A stretch of DNA of 64,000 nt from a virus. This document shows, piece by piece, positions 55,336 to 63,961 of the stretch. The stretch's first letter is position 1. Each line of letters starts with the position of its first letter. Where the stretch lies: IMG/VR virus record IMGVR_UViG_3300037470_001039, positions 31,572 to 95,571 of that record, one strand, 5' to 3'. The notes beneath the pieces are model-generated. The model was not told the DNA's origin. It ran no database searches and worked only from the letters and a program-made list of their open reading frames with translations. The position numbers and the translations under genes are program-made.

Positions 55336-57648
55336 TCAGTTGATCTTCACGAGCGGCGCCGTGATGGTGGTGAGCGTTTGCCCGGCGACATCCACGTTGC
55401 CCCCACTCAACGAAATTTGCTGAGTCGCGGAACACAGCATTTTGTCGCAAAGCGACTTAATGCTTTCCGCATCCAAGGTAATGTCCTCCGTCATGGTGAG
55501 AGCCCCTCCGTCGCTCATCACCGTGACCTGGTTGCCTTGAAGCGTAGCGTCGGAATTGAGCAGGAGTGACGCACCCGACGCCCCGTCTCCAGGAGCCGAG
55601 GCCCTCACCTCCGCCTCCCCCGTCAACTTAACCACGCTCCCTGCCTTGCTATGGAGTCGTGCCGTGTTGTCCAGTGTCAGCCACGCAGGCCCTGTAGACT
55701 GCATGGTGGCGTGCCCTTCGTCGTCGAGATGCACGAACGCGCCGGGCTTGGACTTGAGCAGTGCCAAGACATCGAGGATCGCGTGGGCGCCGTTGCCCGC
55801 CTGGAGCGTGATTCGGTTCGGCGTCAGTTCTACGTAGGTCTCGCCGCACCGCAGCCGGATCGAGGACTTGGCCTCGACGAGCGCATCGTGCTCGGCTCGC
55901 ATGGAATAGTCTCCATCGACCTCGATCCCGTAGTGCGGTGAGGCGAGGGCCTCGCCCTCGTGCCCTTTGCCGTTGACCGTGAGCAGCTGGTTCCCCTCCA
56001 CGGCCACGGTGCGCCCTCCTGCCACGCTCACGGCCTCATCGTTGCCGACGCTGCGGCTGCGATCGTGCTGCACGGTCTCGCTGTAGTCCCGCTGGGCGCG
56101 GAGCATGACCTGCTCTGCGCCCGCCGCGTCCTCGAAGCACAGCTCGTTGTAGCCGTCGCCTCCGGGCGTGCTCCTCGTGCGAAACGCGGTCTTGGTCCGC
56201 CCTTCGGGCAGGGGGTACGGCGCGGCGTTCTGGCCGTTGAACACGCAGCCGGTACATAGCGGGCGGTCGGGGTCGCCGTCGAGGAACGAGACGATCACCT
56301 CCATCCCGATCCGTGGGATGAACACCGAGCCCCACCCGGGGCCGGCCCAGGTCTGTGCCACGCGTACCCAGCACGACGCATCTTCGTCGTGTGTCGTGCT
56401 GCGGTCCCAGTGGAAGCGGACCTTGATCCGGCCGTGCTCGTCGGTGTGGATCTCCTCACCTTCGGGGCCCACGACTACCGCGGTCTGTGGACCGTGGATC
56501 AAGGGCTTGGTCGATCGCCCCGGGCAACGGTAGGTCACCTCGGCGGGGAGGCACGTGAAGTCGTTGTCGTAGGTGGGTGCCGCCGCTTGGGTGCCGTCGT
56601 GAACGTCGACCTCGGGGGCGTCGCCGCGATGCTCGACACGCGTGATGAGGTAGCGTCCGTCATGGTCGGAGTCGAGCAACTCAAAGACGCAGCCAGGCGC
56701 GAACGAGACCACGTTGCCGGCCCCCTCGAGTACGTCCTCGCCGGACGCGAGCGCTTCCTGGTCGCGAGCGGCGATGTCCGCCGTGTCCAGGTTCCACAAT
56801 CGTCGCCCACCGTGCTCGATGACGACGAGATCCGAATCGTCGCGCGCGGGGGCGGAATCCTCGTACACGCGTGCCGGGTTCGTGGCCCAGTCCCAGTTGC
56901 GATGCACGATCGTCGGGCCCGCGGTCCGTCCACGACGCGCGATGGACCGGATGCTCTCGGCCTCGGCTTCGTCGTGGCGATCGACGACAAGTCGCACCTC
57001 GGCCCCGCCCGCCCATGCTTCGAGATCCCGGGCACCATCGCCACCATCGGTCACGACCGTCGCCTCGCGCTGTTGGTCGTCGTGGTCGAAGCGGTACGAC
57101 AGCCCTTCTTCGTCGAGCAGGCGATGCAAGAATGCCAGATCGCTCTCCTGGTACTGCACGCAGTAGTCCCGAGGTGTGAATCCCCGCCCCACCGCTGAGA
57201 GGTCGAACTCGCGGTCGCGCTCCGTGAGCGTCGGACCCGCGAGATCTTCGACGACCTCGAGGACCGTCATCCGCTGGAAGATCCTCGAGCCTCGGCCCCG
57301 AGCCAGCAGTGCCAGTGCGGGTCCGAAGCGGAGAACCAGCCGCGTATGGTCCCCCCGTCCGTCGCGTACCTCCACTTCCTGGACGATCCCCGAGACGACG
57401 CGCTCGACATCGCCGCGGTGGATCCTAAGGCTCAGCTCGACCCCCACCAAGTCGCTGCCCTCCACGTCCGCGTCTTCACAGATCACCTCGATCTCGCCAC
57501 GGTAGGGCTCTCCCAATGCCTCAGTGAGCCGAAAACTCCGTACTCTCCACGGCCGATCGTCGCACTCAAAGGTGTAGCGAACAACCGGAAGGGGGCTCGG
57601 CGTACCTGATGAGGAAGCTGCTTGGAAGTCCATGTTTCGTTCAAGCAT
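55336..57648 (-). CDS. vgrG: type VI secretion spike protein VgrG
   Basis: YCVQYQESDLAFLHRLL, GPQTAVVVGPEGEEIHTDEHGRIKVRFHWDR, PRIGMEV and GDPDRP motifs, then a gp5-like beta-repeat C-terminus. Confidence 0.95.
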   Translation of the reverse strand: MLERNMDFQAASSSGTPSPLPVVRYTFECDDRPWRVRSFRLTEALGEPYRGEIEVICEDADVEGSDLVGVELSLRIHRGDVERVVSGIVQEVEVRDGRGDHTRLVLRFGPALALLARGRGSRIFQRMTVLEVVEDLAGPTLTERDREFDLSAVGRGFTPRDYCVQYQESDLAFLHRLLDEEGLSYRFDHDDQQREATVVTDGGDGARDLEAWAGGAEVRLVVDRHDEAEAESIRSIARRGRTAGPTIVHRNWDWATNPARVYEDSAPARDDSDLVVIEHGGRRLWNLDTADIAARDQEALASGEDVLEGAGNVVSFAPGCVFELLDSDHDGRYLITRVEHRGDAPEVDVHDGTQAAAPTYDNDFTCLPAEVTYRCPGRSTKPLIHGPQTAVVVGPEGEEIHTDEHGRIKVRFHWDRSTTHDEDASCWVRVAQTWAGPGWGSVFIPRIGMEVIVSFLDGDPDRPLCTGCVFNGQNAAPYPLPEGRTKTAFRTRSTPGGDGYNELCFEDAAGAEQVMLRAQRDYSETVQHDRSRSVGNDEAVSVAGGRTVAVEGNQLLTVNGKGHEGEALASPHYGIEVDGDYSMRAEHDALVEAKSSIRLRCGETYVELTPNRITLQAGNGAHAILDVLALLKSKPGAFVHLDDEGHATMQSTGPAWLTLDNTARLHSKAGSVVKLTGEAEVRASAPGDGASGASLLLNSDATLQGNQVTVMSDGGALTMTEDITLDAESIKSLCDKMLCSATQQISLSGGNVDVAGQTLTTITAPLVKIN

Positions 57649-57778
57649 CTTTCAGGGTCCCCTACCTTCTACCGGAAAAACCGTCAGAAGAAGGGGGAAG
57701 TCGACAACAAGCCATTGGGCCGTCTTGAACGAGGTTTGGATGAAAACTCCTCTGATCCCGCGTCAAACGCGTGGAGGC

Positions 57779-58360
57779 CTACGTCAAGAGATGTAGGGCG
57801 TTCGGGGCGATATGGTAGCTGGTCTTGCGGTCTTCCTTGATGAATGACTGCACCGCGTAGGCCAGGTACGAGCTCACGATCTGGATGAAGGGGAGGAATT
57901 CACCCTCCTCGCAGGTCGCGGCCCCGGCACCGGACTCGTCATCGATGACGAAGTGCTCGTCCCACACGACGCGCCCGAATCCCCCGTCTGCCGCCAAGGC
58001 CCCGTGGATGCACGGAACCTTGTTGGCTCGAGCGAATGCCTGGACCACGCGTCGCGCCTCCCCGTTGTCGAGGCAGTCGACCAGGAGGTCGGCGCCCCCG
58101 AGAAGTTGCGCGTCGTTGTCGGCCGTGAGCTTGTTGCCGACGGCCTCGATCTTGCGGCCGTAACAGAACTGCATGGCCTGCTTGAGGGCCTCGGTCTTCT
58201 TCTTGCCCACGCTGTTCTTGAAGTGGAACTGCGAGGCCACGTTCTTCATCTCGACCCTGTCGAAATCCACGACCTTGAGCTCGACGTCTTCGTTGCGCAG
58301 GGCCTGCACGAGGTGGGAGCCGAGCGCGCCGGCTCCGATGATGGTGATCTTCTTGCTCAT
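57779..58360 (-). CDS. ThiF/MoeB (E1-like) adenylyltransferase
   Basis: IIGAGALGS, VDFDRVEMKN and DCLDN..AR motifs. Confidence 0.85.
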   Translation of the reverse strand: MSKKITIIGAGALGSHLVQALRNEDVELKVVDFDRVEMKNVASQFHFKNSVGKKKTEALKQAMQFCYGRKIEAVGNKLTADNDAQLLGGADLLVDCLDNGEARRVVQAFARANKVPCIHGALAADGGFGRVVWDEHFVIDDESGAGAATCEEGEFLPFIQIVSSYLAYAVQSFIKEDRKTSYHIAPNALHLLT

Positions 58361-58731
58361 GGTCTGTCCAGCGCCTCTGGCGTGGCGTCGCGGATGTTGA
58401 GGGTGTCGTGGGTGTCGGGAGGATAGGTGCCGTGCTCGTCCCTCCCCTCTTTCCAGTCGAGGACGAGGTCGTCCGGGTGTTCGAGGTCGAGGTCCAAGGT
58501 CACGTCCCGGAAGTTGCGAGGTTCGCCGCGGACGTGGAGGTACGAGCGGCCACCGTCTACGGAGATGGTCTCGCACGGGCACGAGTGCATGTCGTGGTGC
58601 GCGCGGCTCACGATGACGTGCTTGCACCGCAGGCACAGGACGCCCGTGACCGTGATCACCGCCAGTTCCTCAAGGAGCTGCTGGTCGCCGGTGATCCCCG
58701 CGTGCCCGGTGATCCCCGCGTGCCCGGTCAA
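58357..58731 (-). CDS. small zinc-binding phage protein
   Basis: CLRC...SCPC...VDGG motif, with an in-frame 18-bp repeat (ITGHAG) at the N-terminus. Confidence 0.6.
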   Translation of the reverse strand: MTGHAGITGHAGITGDQQLLEELAVITVTGVLCLRCKHVIVSRAHHDMHSCPCETISVDGGRSYLHVRGEPRNFRDVTLDLDLEHPDDLVLDWKEGRDEHGTYPPDTHDTLNIRDATPEALDRP

Positions 58732-59413
58732 ACACGGTCGAACAGCAGGGCCATTTCGAGCGTTGCTTGGTCAACGAGGTCGAGCGCGTTGTTTCCCAGT
58801 TCCCAGTGGTGGGTGGGACACAGGGCGACAAGGTTCTTCAAGTTGTTGATCTCCGAAATTAGAGCCTCGTCGGGAAAATCCGCCACGTCGCGTAGGTGAC
58901 ACACTTGAACATGTTTCTTGTAGCCGCAGACGGCACAGCAGGCGGGGCGCTGACTAGCCTTGTACTTGGCGCGTGCGTCCTTTCGGAGAGCAGAGGCGGC
59001 AGACTGCCAGTTTTTCGAGAGGCGAAAAGAGCACCCTTGGTCAGCTCAGGCTGGTCTCCTAACCCCGACCCCTGTATGCGGAGTCGAACACAACGGTCGC
59101 AGTATCTGCGCTTGCTGTATCCTTGGTGTCGCCCGGGACGCCGTTTGCACTGCACCTTCGTGCCACAGTCTTGGCATGCCACGATCCCGTCTGCGGGTCG
59201 CTTGAGGTGCTCTCGGTTGTTGTGCCGAGCCGCGCAGGATTTGTCGCAGAATTTCTTCCGTCGTACCTGCCCCACCTGCCGCTCTCCAACTTCTATCACC
59301 GAATCGCATTGGCGGCATCGATTCGGGTTAGCGTAGTAATCCTCTAAGGCTTTCTTGCGGAGCTTCTGCGCTGTGACACGGCCTCCTTTACGTTGTCCTT
59401 TCTCTCGAGACAC
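58728..59413 (-). CDS. HNH endonuclease, frameshift at an A-run near 59012
   Basis: Zinc-ribbon N-terminus. The shifted frame gives CAVCGY...VCH...NNLKNLVALCPTHHWE. Confidence 0.7.
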
Positions 59414-59419
59414 CCACAG

Positions 59420-59448
59420 AGGTTAGCGCCCGTGGGTTGTGCAGTCAA
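59420..59448 (-). promoter_or_regulatory. sigma70-like promoter for the HNH gene
   Basis: TTGACT-17 nt-TAACCT. Confidence 0.5.
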
Positions 59449-59449
59449 T

Positions 59450-59529
59450 TGGTAGCGGGGGTGGGATTCGAACCCACGAAATCTCCGGGTTATGAGCCCG
59501 GCGCCTTAACCTGACTTGGCTACCCCGCA
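59450..59529 (-). tRNA. tRNA-Met(CAT), initiator-like
   Basis: 1:72 mismatch, three G-C pairs in the anticodon stem, encoded CCA. Confidence 0.85.
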
Positions 59530-59533
59530 GCAG

Positions 59534-59605
59534 TTGCGATGGAGAGAATCGAACTCTCGACCTGCCGGTTATGAGCTGGCTGCTCTACCACTGAGCTACA
59601 TCGCA
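59534..59605 (-). tRNA. tRNA with CAT anticodon (elongator Met or Ile2)
   Basis: Cloverleaf with loop CT-CAT-AA. Confidence 0.85.
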
Positions 59606-59619
59606 AAACCTGTCGTTTG

Positions 59620-59694
59620 GGTGGGCCTGGGAGGAATCGAACCTCCGACCTCCGTGTTATCAGCACGGCGCTCTTACCCCTGAGCTACAGACCC
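59620..59694 (-). tRNA. tRNA-Ile(GAT)
   Basis: Loop CT-GAT-AA. Confidence 0.92.
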
Positions 59695-59699
59695 TCGCT

Positions 59700-59774
59700 T
59701 GGTAGTCCCGGGCGGGTTCGAACCGCCGCCCCCCACCGTGTCAAGGTGATGCTCTCCCTCTGAGCTACGGGACT
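59700..59774 (-). tRNA. tRNA-Val(GAC)
   Basis: Loop TT-GAC-AC and encoded CCA. Confidence 0.9.
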
Positions 59775-59779
59775 GTGCT

Positions 59780-59855
59780 TGGTAGGCCCAGAGGGACTCG
59801 AACCCTCGACCTTCTCCGTGTAAAGGAGTTGCTCTTACCGCTGAGCTACGGGCCT
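59780..59855 (-). tRNA. tRNA-Val(TAC)
   Basis: Loop TT-TAC-AC and encoded CCA. Confidence 0.9.
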
Positions 59856-59897
59856 TTGAAGTCGGGGCGTCCTGAGCCGGACTAGACCAACGCCCCA

Positions 59898-59973
59898 TGG
59901 CGGAGCAGACGGGACTTGAACCCGCGACCTTCCGGTTGACAACCGGGTGCGCTACCAACTGCGCCACTGCTCC
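59898..59973 (-). tRNA. tRNA-Asp(GTC)
   Basis: Loop TT-GTC-AA, G73 and encoded CCA. Confidence 0.92.
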
Positions 59974-60032
59974 GTAGCTATCGTCGGCATCATCGTCGTC
60001 TTCCATGAGGCTTCTCCTTTCTTCGTCTCGAG

Positions 60033-60105
60033 TGGGTGCCGACCCCGGGGCTCGAACCCGGCCCTTCCCCGCGACTAGCGGGGGCTCCCCTGGGAGCTTG
60101 TCGGC
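60033..60105 (-). tRNA. atypical tRNA with AGT (Thr) anticodon
   Basis: Short D-arm, loop CT-AGT-CG, good T-arm. Confidence 0.5.
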
Positions 60106-60117
60106 ATGTTGTTGGCG

Positions 60118-60161
60118 TGGTGGTGGTGGTGGTGGTGGTGGTGGTGGTGGTGGTGGTGGTG
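60118..60161. repeat. (TGG)14 microsatellite
   Basis: Read directly from the sequence. Confidence 0.9.
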
Positions 60162-60271
60162 TAAAGTTGGGCTGTTGTCTCCCCCAGGCCGCCCGGTCGC
60201 CTGGCATTACATCCTCGGATTGCGTCGCCCCTCGAGCTCGCGCTCGACGAGTACCTGGGATGCCGCGTTAG

Positions 60272-60343
60272 AGCTGCCGGTGGGAATTGAACCCACGACC
60301 TCGAACTTACCAAACTCGCGCTCTACCCCTGAGCCACGGCAGC
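60272..60343 (-). tRNA. tRNA-Thr(GGT)
   Basis: Loop TT-GGT-AA. Confidence 0.85.
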
Positions 60344-60363
60344 GTGTGTTGTTGAAGATGCTC

Positions 60364-60438
60364 GGAGCCCAGGGTCGGGATCGAACCGAACGACCTGCTC
60401 ATTACGAGTGAGCTGCTCTGCCACTGAGCTACCTGGGC
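60364..60438 (-). tRNA. tRNA-Thr(CGT)
   Basis: Loop CT-CGT-AA. Confidence 0.88.
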
Positions 60439-60472
60439 CTGCTGTTGGTGTTCTCCTGGTGAAGTTCGTCTC

Positions 60473-60548
60473 GGAGCCCGTCGAGGGACTCGAACCCCCA
60501 ACCCCTCGGGTACAAACCGAGTACTCTAGCCGATTGAGCTAGACGGGC
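60473..60548 (-). tRNA. tRNA-Thr(TGT)
   Basis: Loop TT-TGT-AC. Confidence 0.88.
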
Positions 60549-60778
60549 TGAGGGGACGTGCTGAGCAACCCTTCCGGGGTTCCCGGCGGGCTGCGTCACT
60601 CAGGTAGAGATCGGGTAACTCGCCGGGAATCGCTCAACACGCGGTCGTATCGTCCATAATCGGACGTACGACGGCCACGACCGTCATGGAGACGGTTTGT
60701 GTGGCGGTGCTGTTGGTGGAGCGGTTCATTGGCGTGGAATCCGAAACCGTGTCCTGCCAAGGGAAACGGCCAAGGGTT

Positions 60779-60807
60779 GGTGTACGCGGCCTTCGGGCAC
60801 GAGTCAA
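60779..60807 (-). promoter_or_regulatory. sigma70-like promoter heading the tRNA cluster
   Basis: TTGACT-17 nt-TACACC with an upstream A-tract. Confidence 0.55.
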
Positions 60808-60858
60808 GTTTCGGGTTGATTTTTTTCAACCGTCGGGAGGGCTGGCGCGTGGGGCCGA

Positions 60859-61635
60859 CTACCAACGCCAGGTGAAGCTCTCAAGCCAGTCGCCCTTCTC
60901 CTCGTCGTCGAGGGAGAGGAATTCGCGCTCAGCTTCAAGCATCTCGCGGTGGAATGCGTCCGCGATCCTGCGGTCGCGCGTGCCCGGCTCGAACGCCCAC
61001 GGCTGCCAAGGGTAGTGGTCGCCGAGCTTGTGTTCGTTTTCGATGTTGATCGTGTGGTCGAGGACGGGAGCCATCGCGGCCCAGGTGGGGCGGTTCCGGT
61101 CGTACTCGCGCTTGGCGAGCTCCTGTCGGATCAGGAGCTTCACGGGCAGCGGGCTGTGACCGACCTTCTTGTTGAAGTAGCGGCCCGCGATGACGATGTT
61201 GCCGTTGCCGTTGCCATAGCCGCCGTTGCGTTCGCAGACGAGGTGTTCTCGCGAACATTCCCACGGCACCATGCGCCCGAGCCTCTCGCGTATCTCGTAG
61301 GGTACAAGGTAGAGGAGCACGCCGGTGTACCAGCACCGCTGCGCGAGGTCGGGGTCCCTCCCGAAACGCATCGTCATGATCCTCGAGATCCAGTTGCGTC
61401 CTGCGTTCCTCTCCGCGATCTCGTCGTGGTGCATCCACCTGAGGACGGGGTCGTGCTGGTCGCCTCCCGTCAGCACGAGCAGGTGACGGTCAGCGTAGTC
61501 GGAGTACTTGAGCGGGCGCCCGTCCTCGTCGAGGTGGGCATCGGGCTTGGCCTCGAGACGCGCTCGGAACTCCGGGATGTTCTGGAACTTCCACGCGCGC
61601 AGGAGCCTGCGGTTCTTGCGGCCGTGCCGTCCCAT
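60859..61635 (-). CDS. hypothetical protein with HNH-like motif
   Basis: CWYTG...SREHLV...GNIVIAGRYFNKKVGH. Confidence 0.55.
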   Translation of the reverse strand: MGRHGRKNRRLLRAWKFQNIPEFRARLEAKPDAHLDEDGRPLKYSDYADRHLLVLTGGDQHDPVLRWMHHDEIAERNAGRNWISRIMTMRFGRDPDLAQRCWYTGVLLYLVPYEIRERLGRMVPWECSREHLVCERNGGYGNGNGNIVIAGRYFNKKVGHSPLPVKLLIRQELAKREYDRNRPTWAAMAPVLDHTINIENEHKLGDHYPWQPWAFEPGTRDRRIADAFHREMLEAEREFLSLDDEEKGDWLESFTWRW

Positions 61636-61670
61636 CCAATCATTGTACGCGGAGGGCCGCGGAGCCTGAC

Positions 61671-62183
61671 CTACCCGAGGTCGTACACGGTCACCGGGAT
61701 CCCTTGCGTGACGAAGTGCTGGTCGAGCAAAGGCTCGATCTCGGACCACTTGCCGCCCGCGAGGCCGCAGCCGATCCTCGGCGTGTGGATGGACACCTTG
61801 CGCTCAGGATGATCCGTCGCGTACTGAGCAAGGAACCCGAGGCCCTTGGAGATGGCGCCGTAGCGGACCGGGATGCCGCCGTCGGAGGCACGGCCCACGC
61901 CGTCCTGGCCAACGATGTTGGCGACGCACACGTCGTGCTCGACGGGGACGAGTTGCATGGCGCCGAGCATCTTCCTGAACCGCTCGCCGTGGCTCCGGGC
62001 CCACCGTCGGTACTCGATCTCGGGTCGGGGCCACCGCCTCGAGAGCGCGACCACGAAACCGGCACCCCATCCGCCCTCGTTGTTGCAGCAGTGGGCGATG
62101 ATCTTGAGGCCGTCCCCCTCGGGGCGCGTGGCGTCCCCAATGATGTACCTGACGGCGTCGTAGCGTTCCTCGGCGGCGCGCAC
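61671..62183 (-). CDS. macro-domain (ADP-ribose hydrolase, TARG1/DarG-like) protein
   Basis: GDAT...IAHCCNNEGGWGAGF...PRIGCGLAGGKW. Confidence 0.88.
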   Translation of the reverse strand: MRAAEERYDAVRYIIGDATRPEGDGLKIIAHCCNNEGGWGAGFVVALSRRWPRPEIEYRRWARSHGERFRKMLGAMQLVPVEHDVCVANIVGQDGVGRASDGGIPVRYGAISKGLGFLAQYATDHPERKVSIHTPRIGCGLAGGKWSEIEPLLDQHFVTQGIPVTVYDLG

Positions 62184-62199
62184 GGTGCTTATACGCTAC

Positions 62200-62964
62200 C
62201 TACGCGGTCCACTGCTCGTAGATGCGGTGCTGCTCGTTGGTAGGGAGGGACCCGAAAAGCACCTTGTTGCCCGTATCGGGGTGCCTGAAGCGCTTCCCCT
62301 TCACCGCCTTCTCGAAATTCTGACGGGCGTTGCCGTCGCCTTCCTCTTCGCCGCTGTCGAAGTGTTCCTTCACGAAGCGTCTCATCTGGCCTCGAGAGAC
62401 CGGGCTCTCTCCATCCCACGGGACCTCGTTCCCCCACAGGAACCCAAACTCAAACGAGAGGCCGCGTGCCTTGGAGAAGAGGCTCTTGTTGGGCTTCACC
62501 TTAAAGGCAGGATCCCCCTTGGGGTCCACAGCGATCTCCGCCCGGGGCTCACCCTTGGTGTGGTACATGCCGAGCACGCCGTCGCGAGACTTGTGAATCA
62601 CGGCATCTTGGCCGTACTTGCGCCCGAGCTCGAAGAGATCCTTCGGGCCGATCCGCGGGACCAGCACGGACTTCTCCGTGACTCCCTCCCACGATCCCCG
62701 CAGCGGGATGGGACGCAGGCCGAGTTTCTGGAGGTCGCGCATGAGTTCCCCGTGGCGCTCCTGATTCTGGCGTTTCGAGCCAGACTGGTACGCCGAGAGG
62801 ATCCCGAACGAGCCTCCGGCCTCCATCAGCTTCTTGAGTTGCTTCTTGCGCAGCGCCTCCCGACGCATGGCTGCAATTTTCCGAAGCACGGGGCGCAGAG
62901 CCTCTCGAAACTCGGGACGGTTGTGGGTGATTTGGATGATGTTGCTGCTGGAGAACGGTCGCAT
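62200..62964 (-). CDS. hypothetical protein with DUF3293-like core
   Basis: FGILSAY...NQERHGELMRDL...EKSVLV...LGRKYGQDAVI. Confidence 0.6.
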   Translation of the reverse strand: MRPFSSSNIIQITHNRPEFREALRPVLRKIAAMRREALRKKQLKKLMEAGGSFGILSAYQSGSKRQNQERHGELMRDLQKLGLRPIPLRGSWEGVTEKSVLVPRIGPKDLFELGRKYGQDAVIHKSRDGVLGMYHTKGEPRAEIAVDPKGDPAFKVKPNKSLFSKARGLSFEFGFLWGNEVPWDGESPVSRGQMRRFVKEHFDSGEEEGDGNARQNFEKAVKGKRFRHPDTGNKVLFGSLPTNEQHRIYEQWTA

Positions 62965-63037
62965 CCTGATACAGGTTTCCGATAGGCTGTTTCAGCGAGA
63001 ACCGGTACCTCGCCTATGACGCATGCAGTGGTGAGCC

Positions 63038-63229
63038 ATGCCCAGCAAAGCCAAAGCCAAAGCCAAAGCCAAAGAGAAGGACGCGAAGGCGAAGAGCTAC
63101 TTCGCCAAGCGGATGCCGAAGATGGTCCAGGAGTCCGCCGACGTCCAGGGGCGTCCCGAGGACAAGGATGCGGCCGTCGAGGCCCTCCTCGAGGTGGTCC
63201 CGGACCCGGACGCCCTCTCCGGGGGGTAG
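63038..63229 (+). CDS. small hypothetical protein with (AAAGCC)n repeat
   Basis: MPSKAKAKAKAK... Confidence 0.45.
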   Translation: MPSKAKAKAKAKEKDAKAKSYFAKRMPKMVQESADVQGRPEDKDAAVEALLEVVPDPDALSGG

Positions 63230-63334
63230 AGATCTCCCTCGGGCTCTCGTGAGAATTTCACGAAGCCTCGAATTCGTCGTCGTGCGCCCTCGTTGCGGCG
63301 GAGGCGCGCTCTCGGAGGTCGGTAGAAGTAGGGC

Positions 63335-63502
63335 ATGGAGGCGCCCGAGCATCCCGAGACGGCCCACGACCGGGCCCGGAGGATCGTGAACTTCTGGCGC
63401 CGCCGGTCGTGGCTGTCGAGCGCCTCCCCGATCCACATCCACCCGCTCGACGTGGACAAACTCGTCGAGTTGATCACCGCCGAGCTCGACCGGGGCGGGT
63501 AG
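63335..63502 (+). CDS. small hypothetical protein
   Basis: 55-aa GC3-rich ORF (MEAPEHPET...), below the ORF-track cutoff. Confidence 0.45.
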   Translation: MEAPEHPETAHDRARRIVNFWRRRSWLSSASPIHIHPLDVDKLVELITAELDRGG

Positions 63503-63544
63503 GGTGCAGCATCGGCGCCTCGTCGGCGCCTTCCAACAGGAGAC

Positions 63545-63961
63545 ATGTCCATCAAGGAAAGCATCGCGGGGCTCAAGCCTCTGCACGAGAACATCAACGT
63601 GCCGCTCATCGAGCTTCTGCGGCCGTGGATGATCATCGCCGGCCTTGAATTCAAGGACGGCGTCCACCTGACCGCGGACGACCTCGTCCAGAAACTCCTT
63701 CGCGTGTACGCCAAACTCGGGGACTCCCTCGACCTGCTCGATGAGGACCAGCTCCGCGAGGCCGCGTGTCGCTGCCTCAAGAAGATCACCGTCTACGGCG
63801 ACTTCATCGAGGACGGCGACATCGTGTTCAAGCACGGTCAGGACATCGAGTGGGACGGGAGCACCTGGGTGTTCATCTCCGATCCCAAGCTGCGGTTGCG
63901 CGAGACGTCCAAGCTCTACGAGCACGCGCTCGATGCCATCAAGCAGCGCCTGGGGATCTAG
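63545..63961 (+). CDS. hypothetical protein
   Basis: AGGAGA RBS, 138 aa. Confidence 0.7.
   Translation: MSIKESIAGLKPLHENINVPLIELLRPWMIIAGLEFKDGVHLTADDLVQKLLRVYAKLGDSLDLLDEDQLREAACRCLKKITVYGDFIEDGDIVFKHGQDIEWDGSTWVFISDPKLRLRETSKLYEHALDAIKQRLGI

Noticed and set aside
48320-57648. Complete T6SS or eCIS locus
   Set aside because: No tube, sheath, baseplate, membrane-complex or ClpV genes are in the window.
26040-59015. Programmed frameshifts at about 26050, 37695, 39945 and 59012
   Set aside because: All fall in homopolymer runs without a stimulatory element I can identify. Sequencing error or decay is more parsimonious.
60106-60411. Poly-Trp, poly-Pro or poly-Thr ORFs
   Set aside because: They are translations of the (TGG)n microsatellite and overlap real tRNA genes.
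39561-60548. tRNA-anchored attachment site for the T6SS cassette
   Set aside because: I found no integrase and no duplicated tRNA 3' end flanking the cassette.
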